A DNA stretch of 64,000 bases from assembly GCA_963821525.1 (NCBI GenBank), contig CAWGED010000008.1, forward strand, positions 160,001-224,000, in the 5' to 3' direction. Below, piece by piece: positions 1-10,915 of the stretch. The translations under genes were made by a program, and so were the position numbers. A model generated the notes under the pieces. That model searched no databases, was not told where the DNA came from, and saw only the letters and a program-made list of their open reading frames with translations. The DNA is from an uncultured Gemmatimonadales bacterium. Its GTDB lineage: Bacteria; Gemmatimonadota; Gemmatimonadetes; Gemmatimonadales; GWC2-71-9. The stretch's first letter is position 1. Every line of letters starts with the position of its first letter.

Positions 1-9
1 CTCACGATG

Positions 10-1006
10 TCATCCCCACGTAAGCACCACCTTCCCGAAGGTCTCATCCCGTTCCATGGCACGATGAGCTTCGGCCATGGCGGACATGGGATAGGTGGCA
101 CCGACGACGGGCCGAAGGGGCGGTGGTTCGTCGGTTCGTCGGTTCGGGGATACGGAGAACAGAGGCAGAACCCGCTCGGTGAATTCGCGCACCAGTGGCA
201 CTCGCTCCGCGAGCGGCCTTGTCCGCATGACGGTGCCGATTACTTCGAGGCGTTTCCGGAGTATGGGATCGAGATTCGCCTGCGCCTCGGCTCCCTGCAG
301 GAAGCCAAGCATCACCAGACGACCTCGCGGTGCGAGGACGGCAAGATTGTCGGCGAAAGCCGGACCGCCCAGCACGTCGAGAATCACTTGGACCGGCTCG
401 GTGAGCGCGGTACGGAACGGGCCTGCGCTGGTATCAATGCCGCGATCCAGCCCGTATTCGCGCGCCCGGGTCGAGCTTCGCGGCGTTGCGGGAAGTGCCG
501 ATCGTAACGGCGCCCAGCTGCTTCGCGATCTGGGTTGCCGCCGTGCCCACGCCGCTCGCCACGGCGTGGACCAGCACCCGATCTCCAGGTCCAAGCCGTC
601 CGCGAGTCACCAGCGCATCCCACGCCGTAAGGAACGCCTCGGGAATCGCGGCCGCGTCGGTGAAGGACATTCCTTCGGGAATCGGAAGAGTTTCATCCTG
701 ATGGACCACAACGAACTCGGCATGAGCTCCGCCTCCGACCAGGCCCATCACCCGGTCGCCGATGCGCCAGCGGGTAACACCAACACCCAGCTCCTCGACC
801 TCACCGGCGTACTCCATGCCGGGGATGTCGGCGGGCCACCCTGGAGGAGCGGGATAGCGTCCCCGCCGCTGGTGCATGTCGGCACGGTTGAGACCGGCGG
901 CATGCACCCGCACTCGTATCTGCCCCGGCTCGGGCTCGGGAGTCGGAACCTCCCGGAGCTGGATGACGTCGGGGTCGCCGGCGGCGGTGTAGGTGATGGC
1001 GCGCAT
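10..1006 (-). CDS. NAD(P)H-quinone oxidoreductase, PIG3/zeta-crystallin family (frameshift near 440-470)
   Basis: ORF 434..1006 (AAGLNRAD, PGMEYAG, AAAIPEAFLTAW, HAVASGVG) continues in ORF 10..594 (ILDVLGG, RGRLVMLG, FGKVVL). Confidence 0.88.
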
Positions 1007-1014
1007 GGAATGGG

Positions 1015-1134
1015 AGCCGTCAGCCGTCAGCCGTCAGCCGTTTATTAAGCTTGTGGTCTCATAGATGGTAAGTGTAACCCTGATCGAGACAGTGTCAATG
1101 AGCTTCATACGCTGACGGCTGACGGCTGACGGCT
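1015..1134. repeat. Inverted heptamer tandem-repeat element (AGCCGTC)x3-4 ... (GCTGACG)x3
   Basis: agccgtcagccgtcagccgtcagccgt at 1015-1041; its reverse complement gctgacggctgacggctgacggct at 1111-1134; lies between divergent genes. Confidence 0.9.
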
Positions 1135-1150
1135 CAACAAGGAACCCGAA

Positions 1151-1723
1151 ATGTCCACCTACTGCGATATCGCCCCCACCCACGAATGGCACGGGCCCTA
1201 TCACGCCACCGAGTACGGGTTCCCCCTCACGAGCGACGCCGACCTGTTGGAGCGGCTGGTCCTGGAGATCAACCAGGCGGGACTCTCCTGGCTCACGATC
1301 CTCAAGAAGCGGGAGGCGTTTCGGAAGGCCTATGACGGGTTCGATCCTGAGATTGTAGCCGGTTACAAGGCCAGGGATCGGAAGCGCCTGCTCAACGACC
1401 CGGGGATCATCCGCAACCGGCTCAAGGTGGACGCGGCCATCGCCAACGCGCAGAAGATCCTCGAGCTGCGGAAGTCACACGGCGGCTTTCACGCCTGGCT
1501 CAAGGCCCATCATCCTCTGACGAAAGAGGAATGGGTGAAGCTGTTCAAGCAGAACTTCCGGTTCACCGGCGGTGAGATCGTGGGCGAGTTCCTCATGAGC
1601 ATCGGCTACCTGCCCGGGCGCGCATGCGGAATCCTGTCCGGTCTACGGCAAGATCGTGAAACTCAAGCCGGCTTGGATGGTGCAATCACAGAGGCACGGA
1701 GAACACAGAGCAGGCAGGGATGA
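1151..1723 (+). CDS. tag: DNA-3-methyladenine glycosylase I (C-terminal frameshift near 1620)
   Basis: YHATEYG, LEINQAGLSWLTILKKREAF, GIIRNRLKV, FRFTGGEI; GAHAESCP is restored by a 1-nt shift. Confidence 0.9.
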   Translation: MSTYCDIAPTHEWHGPYHATEYGFPLTSDADLLERLVLEINQAGLSWLTILKKREAFRKAYDGFDPEIVAGYKARDRKRLLNDPGIIRNRLKVDAAIANAQKILELRKSHGGFHAWLKAHHPLTKEEWVKLFKQNFRFTGGEIVGEFLMSIGYLPGRACGILSGLRQDRETQAGLDGAITEARRTQSRQG

Positions 1724-1852
1724 AAAGCAAACGCAGAGACGCAGAGGAAAAACAGAATAGCGGTTCTCGGCGTCCTCTGCGCCTCCGCGTTTGTTCTTTT
1801 GTGCTTGGCTCTCAGCACTTGGCCCGCTCACTGCTTACCGCTCACCGCTTAC
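1687..1852. repeat. ACGCAGAG-type palindrome plus heptamer run
   Basis: caaacgcagagacgcagagga (1728-1748) pairs with tcctctgcgcctccgcgtttg (1773-1793); gctcactgcttaccgctcaccgcttac lies just before dnaE. Confidence 0.75.
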
Positions 1853-1859
1853 GCGAAGC

Positions 1860-4800
1860 ATGTTCACTCATCTGCACGTCCACTCGCACTTCTCATTCGA
1901 AAGCGGCGTCTCGAGCCCCGAGGTGCTGCTGGATGCTGCGGCTCAGCGTGGGTTCACGGCTCTCGCATGCACCGACACGAACGGCGTCTATGGCGCAGTC
2001 GAGTTTCAGCAGGCGGCGATCGCCCGGGGCATCCGGCCCATCCTGGGCGCCCATCTGGTCTTCGGCGACGAGGAAGCGGTAGTACTGGCGACTGATGAGA
2101 AGGGCTGGGGGGCGGTGTGTCGGGCGGCGACGGGGGTGCATTGGGAATGTCAGAATGAAGATGGCGGAATGGGGAATGGAACAGCAGCTTCAATCTCAAT
2201 CTGAAATCTCGCATCTGAAATCTCTGTCCTCTCTCCTCGCCACCGATCGAGCCGGCCTCATCATTCTCTCATCCAACATTCCTTTTCTAGAGCGCATAGT
2301 CTCGCTGAGCGGACCAGCCGGCATCTACGCCGAACTCCGTCCCGGCAAGGAGCGCCACGCCGTCGGCGCTGCCGCTCGGCGACTGGGAATTCCAGCGGTG
2401 GTGACTAACGCCGTGCAGGTTCGCCAACCCGGAGGACTTCCAGCGGCATCGGCTGCGGACTGCGATCGCGCGGAACGCGACGCTGTCGGAATTGCCGATT
2501 GAGGATGTCTCGATTGCCGATTGAAAAGCGAAATGGAGCCTCGGCGAATCGGCAATCGGCAATCAGCAATCGGCAATCCCTCCGCCTGGCTCCGCTCCGG
2601 CCCGACATTTCCCGCTTCTTCCCCGATTGTCCCGAGGCATTGAGCGCGAGCGAGGAAATCGCCGAACGTTGCGAATACCTCCTGCCGCTGGGCCGGCGAG
2701 TAGTGGCACCCCGTTTTGCCGAGGTGGACGATGCCTTCCAGCGGTTGCGCACGCTGGCCTACGAGGGTGCCGAGCGGCGATACGGCACCATTGCGCCGGT
2801 GACGCGCGACCGGCTGGAGCACGAGCTGGCGATCATCGGCCAGATGAAGTTCGCCGACTACTTCCTGGTGGTGAATGACATCGTGCAGAACGGGCCCACC
2901 CATTGCGGCCGCGGCTCCGTCGCCAATTCGATCGTGAGCTACTCCCTCGGCATCACCCACGTGGATCCGCTCGGCGCCGGGCTCCTGTTCGAGCGCTTCC
3001 TCAATCCGGAGCGGAAGGATCCGCCCGACATCGATCTCGACTTCCCCTGGGACGAGCGGGACCACGTTCTCGCGTATGTCTTCCGGAAGTATCCCCATCC
3101 TGCGGTCGGCCATGGTGGCCAATCACAACTGTTTCCGGCTGCGCGGCGCGTTGCGCGAGGTGGCCAAGGTGCACGGCCGGCCCGCCGGGAGAGATCCGCG
3201 AGGTCACCCGCCGGATCCCCTGGTTCAGCGAGGACGATCCGCTGGAAGAGGTGATCGCCACCCACCCCAACTTCCAGGGACTCGACCTGCCGGCCATCTG
3301 GCGGCGATCTGGCGAGGATGGCCCAGCCGCTGGTCGGAACTGCCGCGCCACCTGTCACTGCATCCCGGCGGCGTGGTGATCGTCCCCACGACGCTGACCG
3401 ACTACGTGCCGATGGAGCGCGCGGCCAAGGTGCTCGAGGGATCTCCCGGCCTCACCGTGCCCGTCATCCAGTTCGAGAAGGACGGCACCGAAGACGCCGG
3501 CCTGGTGAAGATCGACCTCCTCGGCAACCGCTCGCTCGCGGTCATTCGCGACGCGATCGCCGCCGTGAAGGACCACACCGGCCGGCAGATCGACTACACC
3601 TCCTCGGACCCGGAGGACGACGAGCCGACCCGGGCGCTCTTCCGCACCGGGCAGACGATGGGCGTCTTCTACACCGAGAGCCCCGCCTCGCGGCAGCTCT
3701 GCGCCAAGTCCCAGGCCGACACCTTCGACCTGCTGGTGCTCAACACCAGCATCATCCGCCCGGCGTCCAACCGGTTCATCCGGATCTACCTGGAGCGGCT
3801 CCACGGCGAGCCCTACGAGCCGCTCGATCCCTGTCTGCGCGACACTCTGGCCGAGACCTTCGGCGTGATGGTGTACCAGGAGGACGTGGTGAACGTCTGC
3901 TGCGATATTCGCCGGAATGCCGCTCGCCACCGGCGACGGACTGCGGAAGGCGCTCTCCAAGAAGCGGCCGGTCAAGCAGCTCGCCTCCTATGCCGAGGAG
4001 TTCTTCGCCGGCGCCGCGGCGCTGGGTCGCGACATCGAAACGGCGAAGAAGGTGTGGGAGATGGTGATGTCCTTCGCCGGCTACAGCTTCTGCAAGGGAC
4101 ACTCGTGCTCCTACATCCAGGTGGCGCAGCAGTCCTGCTATCTCCGGGCCCACTATCCCGCCGAGTTCATGGCCGGGGTGCTGGCCAACGGCGGCGGGTT
4201 CTATCACCCGTTCGCCTACGTCGCGGAGGCGATGCGGATGGGGCTCACCATCCTGCCGCCCGACGTGAACGCGAGCGAATTCCGTACGACCGGGCGCGGG
4301 CGGGAGGTGAGAATCGGGCTGCAGTTTGTAAAGGGACTGTCGGCGAAAGCAGCCGAGACAAGTGTCGATTGCGGCTTGCGGCATGCTGATTGTTCTGCTG
4401 ACTCGTCAATCGGCAATCAGCAATCGGCAATCAGCAATCCCGATATATCGCTGGACAACCTGCGCACCCGGCCTTGGCGACTCCGACGACTGTCGCACCC
4501 TGGTCAAGGTCGGCGCATTGGATTCCATAAAGGGAGATCGCACTCGCCCAATGCTCCTGTGGGAAGTCGATTCGATTCAGGAAACGCCGAGGGATAGCAA
4601 TACGGTCTCACTTGATATCGAGCCACCGAGACGCTCGCCTCGCAGCATCGGGATCCAGCTTCCTGCCGAGCCTCCGCGCCTTCGAGCCGCCGCCTCTTCG
4701 TGAGTACAGCACAGACCGCCGCCGCCGAGCGGAATACGAGCTGCTGGGTTTCACGACCGACAGCCACCCGATGCATCTTCACGCGGCCGATCTCGCCCGG

Positions 4801-5184
4801 TTCCGGGTCACCAAGAGCACCGAGCTGGCAGATCATGTCGGGGAATCGGTGCTCTGCTGCGGCATGCTGACCACCTCGAAGCCCATCAGCACCATCACCG
4901 AGGAGCCGATGGAGTTCGCTACGTTTGACGACGGCTATGGCCTGATCGAAACCGTGCTGTTCCCCCGGGTCTTCCGCGAACGAGGGCACGTCCTGTTCGA
5001 CCAGGGACCCTTCGTTTTCCGGGGCAAGGTGGATGAGGAGTTCGGAGCTATTACGGTGGCAATCACGGGCATCGATCGACTGGAGAGGATGATAGAGAAG
5101 GCGAGGAAGGGCGGGAAGGGCGGACAGGGCGGGATCAAGGCGGAATGGCGGAATGGCGGAATGGCGGAATGGCGGATCGAGTAA
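1860..5184 (+). CDS. dnaE2: DNA polymerase III alpha-type, second/non-replicative DnaE2-like copy (several frameshifts)
   Basis: PHP HLHVHSHFSF and ALACTDTNGVYG; GRGSVANS; ERKDPPDIDLDF; GLVKIDLLGNR; FAGYSFCKGH; C-terminal OB fold MEFATFDDGYG; spread over ORFs 1791, 2095, 2499, 3076, 3917 and 4612. Confidence 0.85.
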
Positions 5185-5290
5185 GCACCTGCGGAAGGGC
5201 TGCAAGAGATTGGGACGACACTCTTTGTGCCCTTCGTGTCTTCGTGTTGAACAGTTGAAGTTCTCTGCGTCCTCTGCGTCTCTGCGTTTG
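5100..5290. repeat. 9-mer/8-mer tandem repeats at the dnaE 3' end (GGCGGAAT x4) and a CTCTGCGT run
   Basis: ggcggaatggcggaatggcggaatggcggaatggcggat 5139-5177; ttctctgcgtcctctgcgtctctgcgttt ~5261-5289. Confidence 0.8.
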
Positions 5291-5336
5291 ATTCAGGGTG
5301 ACTGAAATGGGAAAGTGAACGCGAGGGAGTAGGCCT

Positions 5337-5873
5337 GTGACCAAATGGCTCCTCATCGTCGGCGGAGTCCTGGTCGGCCTGATTCTCCTGCTAGTCCTCG
5401 TGGGCTTCATACTCCCCCGCGAGCATACCGTGGCGAGCCGGGTAACGCTGCATCAACCGCCCGACTCGGTGTTCGCCGTGGTCCGTGACATCGGCGCAAT
5501 CTCCAGTTGGTGGCCGACGGTCAAACAGGTCAGCCGACGAAACGATCCCCAGGGAAAGGAGATCTGGGACGAGACCATGGGAGACGGCATGAAGATGGGT
5601 CTCGAGGTCGCCGCGGTAGAGCCACCCGGAATGATCCAGACCGTGATCGTGGGGGACGCTCCCTTCGGAGGCTCCTGGACCACGCGCATCGAACCTGTGC
5701 CGGGAGGGAGCACGGTCACCGTCACCGAGGATGGATGGGTCTCCAATCCTATTTTCCGGGTCATTTCCCGCCTGATGGGCCACCACCATACGATGGACGA
5801 TTACCTCACGGCACTCGGCTCCCGCTTCGGAGAGCAGGTGTCACCAACAGTCATTCGCCCGGTGAACCGTTGA
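5337..5873 (+). CDS. SRPBCC/polyketide cyclase-dehydrase family protein with N-terminal membrane anchor
   Basis: TM helix, then LPREHTVASRVTL, PFGGSWT, TVTEDGWVSNPIFR. Confidence 0.8.
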   Translation: MTKWLLIVGGVLVGLILLLVLVGFILPREHTVASRVTLHQPPDSVFAVVRDIGAISSWWPTVKQVSRRNDPQGKEIWDETMGDGMKMGLEVAAVEPPGMIQTVIVGDAPFGGSWTTRIEPVPGGSTVTVTEDGWVSNPIFRVISRLMGHHHTMDDYLTALGSRFGEQVSPTVIRPVNR

Positions 5874-5894
5874 AGCCCGAGCGGCATCAGCGGA

Positions 5895-7103
5895 ATGCAC
5901 TCGCTTCTGTCGGCGACAGAATGCACGATACCTGGCTCAATCGCCATCAGCGTATGGCCGGCTTCACCACCGCCGAATCTGCGGCGCAAGCTTCGGAACC
6001 CACGCGACTCCGAGGGACCGCCCTCGGCAAGCGGATTGAAGCTCGAGACCATTTCCACCGCATTCAGCGAACCGCTCTTTCTTACCTTTGCCCCCGGGGA
6101 CGCGACTCGACTCTTCGTAGTCGAAAAGGATGGGCTCATCCGCATCCTGGAAAACGGAGCGATCCTTCCCTGCGCCGTTTCTCGACCTGACCGCATCACC
6201 ACCAAGGACAACGAACAGGGACTCCTGGGTCTCGCGTTCGCCCCGGACTACGAGACCTCCGGCCGCTTCTACGTGAACTATACCACGGACGGGAGTACGC
6301 CGGGAGGCAAATCGGTAATCGCTCGGTACCATGTCTCCTCCGATCCCGAATTGGCCGATGCGGCGAGCGACACCACGATCCTCGAGGTCGATCAACCCTA
6401 TACCAATCACAACGGGGGCATGATCGTCTTCGGCCCCGACGGATTTCTCTACGTGGGATTCGGGGACGGCGGGAACGCCGGCGATCCCCAGGGGCACGGC
6501 CAGAACCGGAATGATCTGCTCGGCTCGCTGCTCCGGATCGACGTGAGCGGCGCCGGATACACCATACCGCCCGATAATCCCTTCGCGGGGACGGCGGCGT
6601 ACGGAGCGAACTGTGGAACTACGGCCTGCGGAATCCCTGGCGATTCAGCTTCGACCGGCAGACCGGCGAGCTGTACATCGCGGATGTGGGACAGGGAGAC
6701 CGGGAAGAGGTGGACGTGCAGCCGGCGATCCGGCGGCGGGGAGAACTACGGATGGAACACGATGGAAGGATCCGAGTGTTATCCCCCCGGCTCCAGTTGC
6801 GACAAGAGCGGCCTGACCCTGCCGGTGCTCGAGTACGACCACGGAGCGGGCTGCTCGATCACCGGAGGATACGTCTATCGGGGAACCGCTCTGCCGGACA
6901 TCGTGGGCACTTACTTCTACTCCGATTACTGCGCCGGATTCCTTCGCAGCTTCAAGTGGCAGGGCGGGATGATCACCGAGCAGCAATCCTGGCCGGGAGC
7001 GCAGCCCCCGGGGAATGTCACCAGCTTCGGAGAGGACTCAGCGGGAGAACTCTACATCCTGACCATACAGGGTGGGGTCTACAAGCTCGTCGCCGAGCCC
7101 TAG
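5895..7103 (+). CDS. PQQ-dependent sugar dehydrogenase (GSDH/aldose sugar dehydrogenase family); start uncertain, internal frameshifts
   Basis: [47 protein letters not shown] in a shifted frame; [21 protein letters not shown]. Confidence 0.85.
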   Translation: MHSLLSATECTIPGSIAISVWPASPPPNLRRKLRNPRDSEGPPSASGLKLETISTAFSEPLFLTFAPGDATRLFVVEKDGLIRILENGAILPCAVSRPDRITTKDNEQGLLGLAFAPDYETSGRFYVNYTTDGSTPGGKSVIARYHVSSDPELADAASDTTILEVDQPYTNHNGGMIVFGPDGFLYVGFGDGGNAGDPQGHGQNRNDLLGSLLRIDVSGAGYTIPPDNPFAGTAAYGANCGTTACGIPGDSASTGRPASCTSRMWDRETGKRWTCSRRSGGGENYGWNTMEGSECYPPGSSCDKSGLTLPVLEYDHGAGCSITGGYVYRGTALPDIVGTYFYSDYCAGFLRSFKWQGGMITEQQSWPGAQPPGNVTSFGEDSAGELYILTIQGGVYKLVAEP

Positions 7104-7104
7104 C

Positions 7105-8049
7105 GTGGTGGGCGACCTCTTCTCCCCACCCCGGAGGAGCTCCCCGATTTCAAGGGCTTGGCCGACCGGCTTCCGCCTGAGATTCTGTTTGGCACTTCGT
7201 CGTGGAACTATCCCGGATGGAAAGGCCTGGTCTACCACCAGGACTATCCCAAGAACGGGGCCGCGGCAAAGATGCTCAGCGGAGTACGTGAAGTTCCCGC
7301 TCTTTCGCACCATCGGAATAGACTCATCGTTCTACGCTCCGCCGACACCAGAGCAGCTCCAGAAGTACGCCCAGCGGTTGCCGCCAGGATTCCCCTGCGT
7401 GATGAAGGTGTGGGACCGCTTCACGGTGCATACCCTGCCCCGGGCCCGTTACGGGCCACAGGGTGGAGAGCTCAACCCCGATTTTCTCAACGCCGATTTG
7501 TTCCGGTCCGAGGTGCTGGATTTCTACCTGGCGCATTTCCGCGATCACACCGGACCGCTGGTATTCGAGTTCCAGACCATCAGCCGCTCGAGCGGGATCA
7601 GCCCCGAGGACTTCGCCGACCGGTTGGACCGGTTCCTGAGCGTGTTACCACGCGACGCGAGGTACTCGGTGGAAATCAGGAATCGCGAGTTCCTTACGCC
7701 GGCTTACCTGGCCGTGCTCCGGGAGCACAATGTCGCCCACGTGTTCAACTCATGGACCAGGATGCCGTCGATCGGTGACCAGCTCGACGTGCCGGGAGTG
7801 TTCACCGCGCCGTTCATGGTTTCCCGGGTGCTGCTGAGACCAGGCCGGAGTTACAACCAGGCGGTGAACGCGTTCGCGCCGTACGACCGGATTCGCGAGC
7901 CCAATCCCGAGCTGCGGCACGACGTGGCCCGGCTCATCGCCCAAGCCGCGGCGCTCCGGATACCGGCCTACGTGCTGGTGAACAACCGTGCGGAGGGAAG
8001 CGCGCCGCTTACGATTGCGGCGATCGCCGAGATGGTGTCCGGCGCTTGA
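7105..8049 (+). CDS. DUF72 family protein (frameshifted near the 5' end)
   Basis: [48 protein letters not shown]. Confidence 0.85.
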   Translation: MVGDLFSPPRRSSPISRAWPTGFRLRFCLALRRGTIPDGKAWSTTRTIPRTGPRQRCSAEYVKFPLFRTIGIDSSFYAPPTPEQLQKYAQRLPPGFPCVMKVWDRFTVHTLPRARYGPQGGELNPDFLNADLFRSEVLDFYLAHFRDHTGPLVFEFQTISRSSGISPEDFADRLDRFLSVLPRDARYSVEIRNREFLTPAYLAVLREHNVAHVFNSWTRMPSIGDQLDVPGVFTAPFMVSRVLLRPGRSYNQAVNAFAPYDRIREPNPELRHDVARLIAQAAALRIPAYVLVNNRAEGSAPLTIAAIAEMVSGA

Positions 8050-8407
8050 GCGGAGGCCGGCGGGTCCGGGGACCATCGTGGTCGGGAGACTGGGCGAGGG
8101 CGTGAGCCGAAGCCGACAGGCGGCACGCCTGAACCGCTCCAACGCGGTCGGCAATGCTCACCTCGACCCACCGCCCGAACGACGCGGTCGGGCCGGTGAG
8201 AAAGGGACGGGCCAGCCGGGCAGCCAGCACTTCCTCACGATCCGAGTCGGGGAGACGAAGGACGATCGCCTCGTCGAACAGAAAGGCGAACATCCGGCTC
8301 CGGGTAAAGAACGCGTCGGCGCCAAACATCCGCTTGGTGCTCACTTCGGGCAACGCGAGGATGGCTGCACGCACCAGGTTGTGCACGTCAGTCTTTCCGC
8401 CAGGCAT
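8009..8407 (-). CDS. TfoX/Sxy N-terminal-domain protein
   Basis: VSTKRMFGADAFF...MFAFL...IVLRLP...GRWVEV. Confidence 0.7.
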   Translation of the reverse strand: MPGGKTDVHNLVRAAILALPEVSTKRMFGADAFFTRSRMFAFLFDEAIVLRLPDSDREEVLAARLARPFLTGPTASFGRWVEVSIADRVGAVQACRLSASAHALAQSPDHDGPRTRRPPLKRRTPSRRSPQS

Positions 8408-8692
8408 TGCTCGATTCCCGGGTGTGGGTGAGTTCAAGGGGCGGAGAAAGTACCGCGTGGCGGTACGCTCCGCTATACCGCCATGCCCGAACAACTCCCG
8501 TAGCACGTAACAAGTTTCGCCGTCCCATACCACGCAGCATCGGGGCCAGTGAGGGCGGGAAGGCACGAAGGCGGACGGCGCGAAACAGATACGTAAAGAC
8601 GGACAACCCGATCTAATTGATTACCGCGAGAAGACCGCGTGATAAGCAGTGACTCCGCGTGCTCCGCGTACGGCTCTTGGGAGGCGGAAGCG

Positions 8693-9893
8693 CTACCGGT
8701 CTAAGTCGGGCTCCACTCCGGCGACAGCGCAAATCCGCAGGATGGTTTCGCCGATCTTGTTGTTCGGAGTGGATGCGCCAGCGGTAACCCCGATGAGCCG
8801 GGCGGTGCCGAGCCAGTCGTCGGCAACCTGCTCCGGCTGCTTCACGTTTGGTTGATAGCGCATCCTGCCGCTCTCAACGTCGATGGCCGAGGCATCCTCG
8901 ATGTGATAGGTCCGTACCCCGCGATTCCGGCTCATCGCCGCGAGATGGGTCGTGTTGCTGGAGTTGTATCCCCCTACCACGATCATCAGGTCGAGCGGCT
9001 CGCTTCAGCAGGGTCACCATCGCGTCCTGCCGCTCCTGGGTGGCGGAGCAGATGGTATCAAACGTCCGGAAATGCTCGGCGAGGTTCGCCTCCCCGTAGC
9101 GCCGCAGCATGCTCTGACGCACTTCGCCGGCGATGGCGAGCGATTCTCCCGACAGCATCGTCGTCTGGTTGGCGAGTCCCACACGCAGCAGATCCCGCTC
9201 GAAATCGAAACCGGGAGACATCGCATGGGAGAAATGACGCGCCAATTCCGCCGCGTCTCCACCGTGCTCGATGAAATCGCAGACCCGCCGGGCCTCGGCC
9301 ATGTCGAATACCACGAGGTAGCGGCCGCCGGGATACTTGGTCACCTGGCTCGCCGTCGCTTTGGTCTCCTCGTGATACGACTTGCCGTGGATGATCGCGG
9401 TGTACCCGTCCCTGGCGTAGGACTCGACCCGCTTCCACACATTGAGGACCGAGCCGCACGTGGTGTCCACCATGACACACCCGATGTCGCGGAGCCGGGC
9501 GAAATCCTCGACCGTGACACCGAAAGCCGGCATGATCACCACGTCGTCGGGCGTTACTACCGAGAAATCGAAGGCGCCGGCCGGACTGCGCTCGAGGAAC
9601 ACCACCCCCATTTCGCGCAGCTTCGCGTTGACGTGGGGGTTGTGGATGATCTCTCCCACCAGAAACAACCGCCGGTCGGGAAACTTCCGGCGCGTCTCGT
9701 ACGCGTACTCGACGGCGCGGTCCACCCCATAGCAGAAGCCGAATTCCCGGGCGAGCAGGAAGGTGAGCGGTCCGGCGGTGAGCCGGAAATCGTTGGCGCG
9801 GAACTGCTCCACCACCGCGCTGTGATAGTCGGCGGTCAGCTGGCCTTCGATAGCCGCCTTGAGACCGAAACCTTTCCTGAAGTAGGTCATCAA
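8693..9893 (-). CDS. ispH: 4-hydroxy-3-methylbut-2-enyl diphosphate reductase (frameshift ~9000)
   Basis: FGFCYGVDRA, EIIHNPHV, DTTCGSV, NQTTM, DTICSATQERQ, VVGGYNSSNT, GVTAGASTP. Confidence 0.95.
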
Positions 9894-10429
9894 TCCTCGG
9901 GTGCGCTGTCAGCCGGCTCAGCGGTCACGCTGTCGCTCCGGCAGCGGGCCGAATCGGCCACCAGCGGGACGCCGCGAAAAGTGGCCATCACCCGGATGGT
10001 CTCCGGCGTCGAGACGGCATGGAGCCTGGCCTCGAGTCCTCCCTCCAGCATCCCATCACGTCTGGTGAGCATGATCCAACCGGAGTCTCCCTGATACCCC
10101 TTGATCTGGGTCTCCGTAAACCATCGCATGCCGACTGCTGACCTCGGCCGGTGCAGGGAATCCGGCCTGGGATCCATAACCGGATATTCCCCATCCGATA
10201 CACTATCGGAAGGATAAATCGCGAGGCCCATTCCCGCGTCCGAGTCCACCCCGATGACCTCGAGTAACCGGCCCGGAGCGCACCAGGTCGCCCGGGCATT
10301 CGCGATGAGCTTTCCGCTGTCCGACCCGGCCCATTTCGCGTGCAGCTGTCCCGCGGAAGGGCCGGCCGCCGAGCCGTGACAGGCGGTCAGGAGCATGGCC
10401 GTGCCGAACACGATCAGCCGGCCGATCAC
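9890..10429 (-). CDS. Hypothetical lipoprotein
   Basis: Lipobox LLTAC; overlaps both neighbours by 4 nt. Confidence 0.65.
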   Translation of the reverse strand: MIGRLIVFGTAMLLTACHGSAAGPSAGQLHAKWAGSDSGKLIANARATWCAPGRLLEVIGVDSDAGMGLAIYPSDSVSDGEYPVMDPRPDSLHRPRSAVGMRWFTETQIKGYQGDSGWIMLTRRDGMLEGGLEARLHAVSTPETIRVMATFRGVPLVADSARCRSDSVTAEPADSAPED

Positions 10430-10884
10430 TTCGCGATCCCGAGCTGGCGGCGCGCGTCTTCGACCGAGAGCGCGAAGGGACGAATCCGCTCTACCAATCC
10501 CTCTGGCAGCGGCCGGGAGACCAGGCTGCGACGGTCGGTGCAGACCAGCACCAGGTGGCCATGCGCGCTGTGCTTGCCGGTCGCGGTATGGATCACCTCG
10601 AAATTCATGGTCAGCGACTTGTTCCCGATTCGGCCGAAATACGCCGCCACCTGGAGATGATCATCCAGGCGAGGAGGATAGTGAAATTCGGTGTGGACCT
10701 GGACTCGCGGCAGGTAGATGTCGTAGGTCTCGAACAGGGTGCCGTAGGGAAGCCCGGCGGCGCGGAACAGCTCCGTTTCCGCCAACTCGAAGAATCGAAC
10801 GTAGGACCCGTAGAAGATGATCCCCGCCAAGTCCACGTCGGACCAGCGGACATACTCTTCGACAGTAAACGGTTGGGCCGGCAT
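10426..10884 (-). CDS. Acyl-CoA thioesterase (4HBT/YbgC family)
   Basis: VRWSDVDLAGIIFYGSYVRFFE. Confidence 0.88.
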   Translation of the reverse strand: MPAQPFTVEEYVRWSDVDLAGIIFYGSYVRFFELAETELFRAAGLPYGTLFETYDIYLPRVQVHTEFHYPPRLDDHLQVAAYFGRIGNKSLTMNFEVIHTATGKHSAHGHLVLVCTDRRSLVSRPLPEGLVERIRPFALSVEDARRQLGIAK

Positions 10885-10915
10885 CGCCGGGGAAGCTAGG
10901 GGGTCGCAGGACCGA

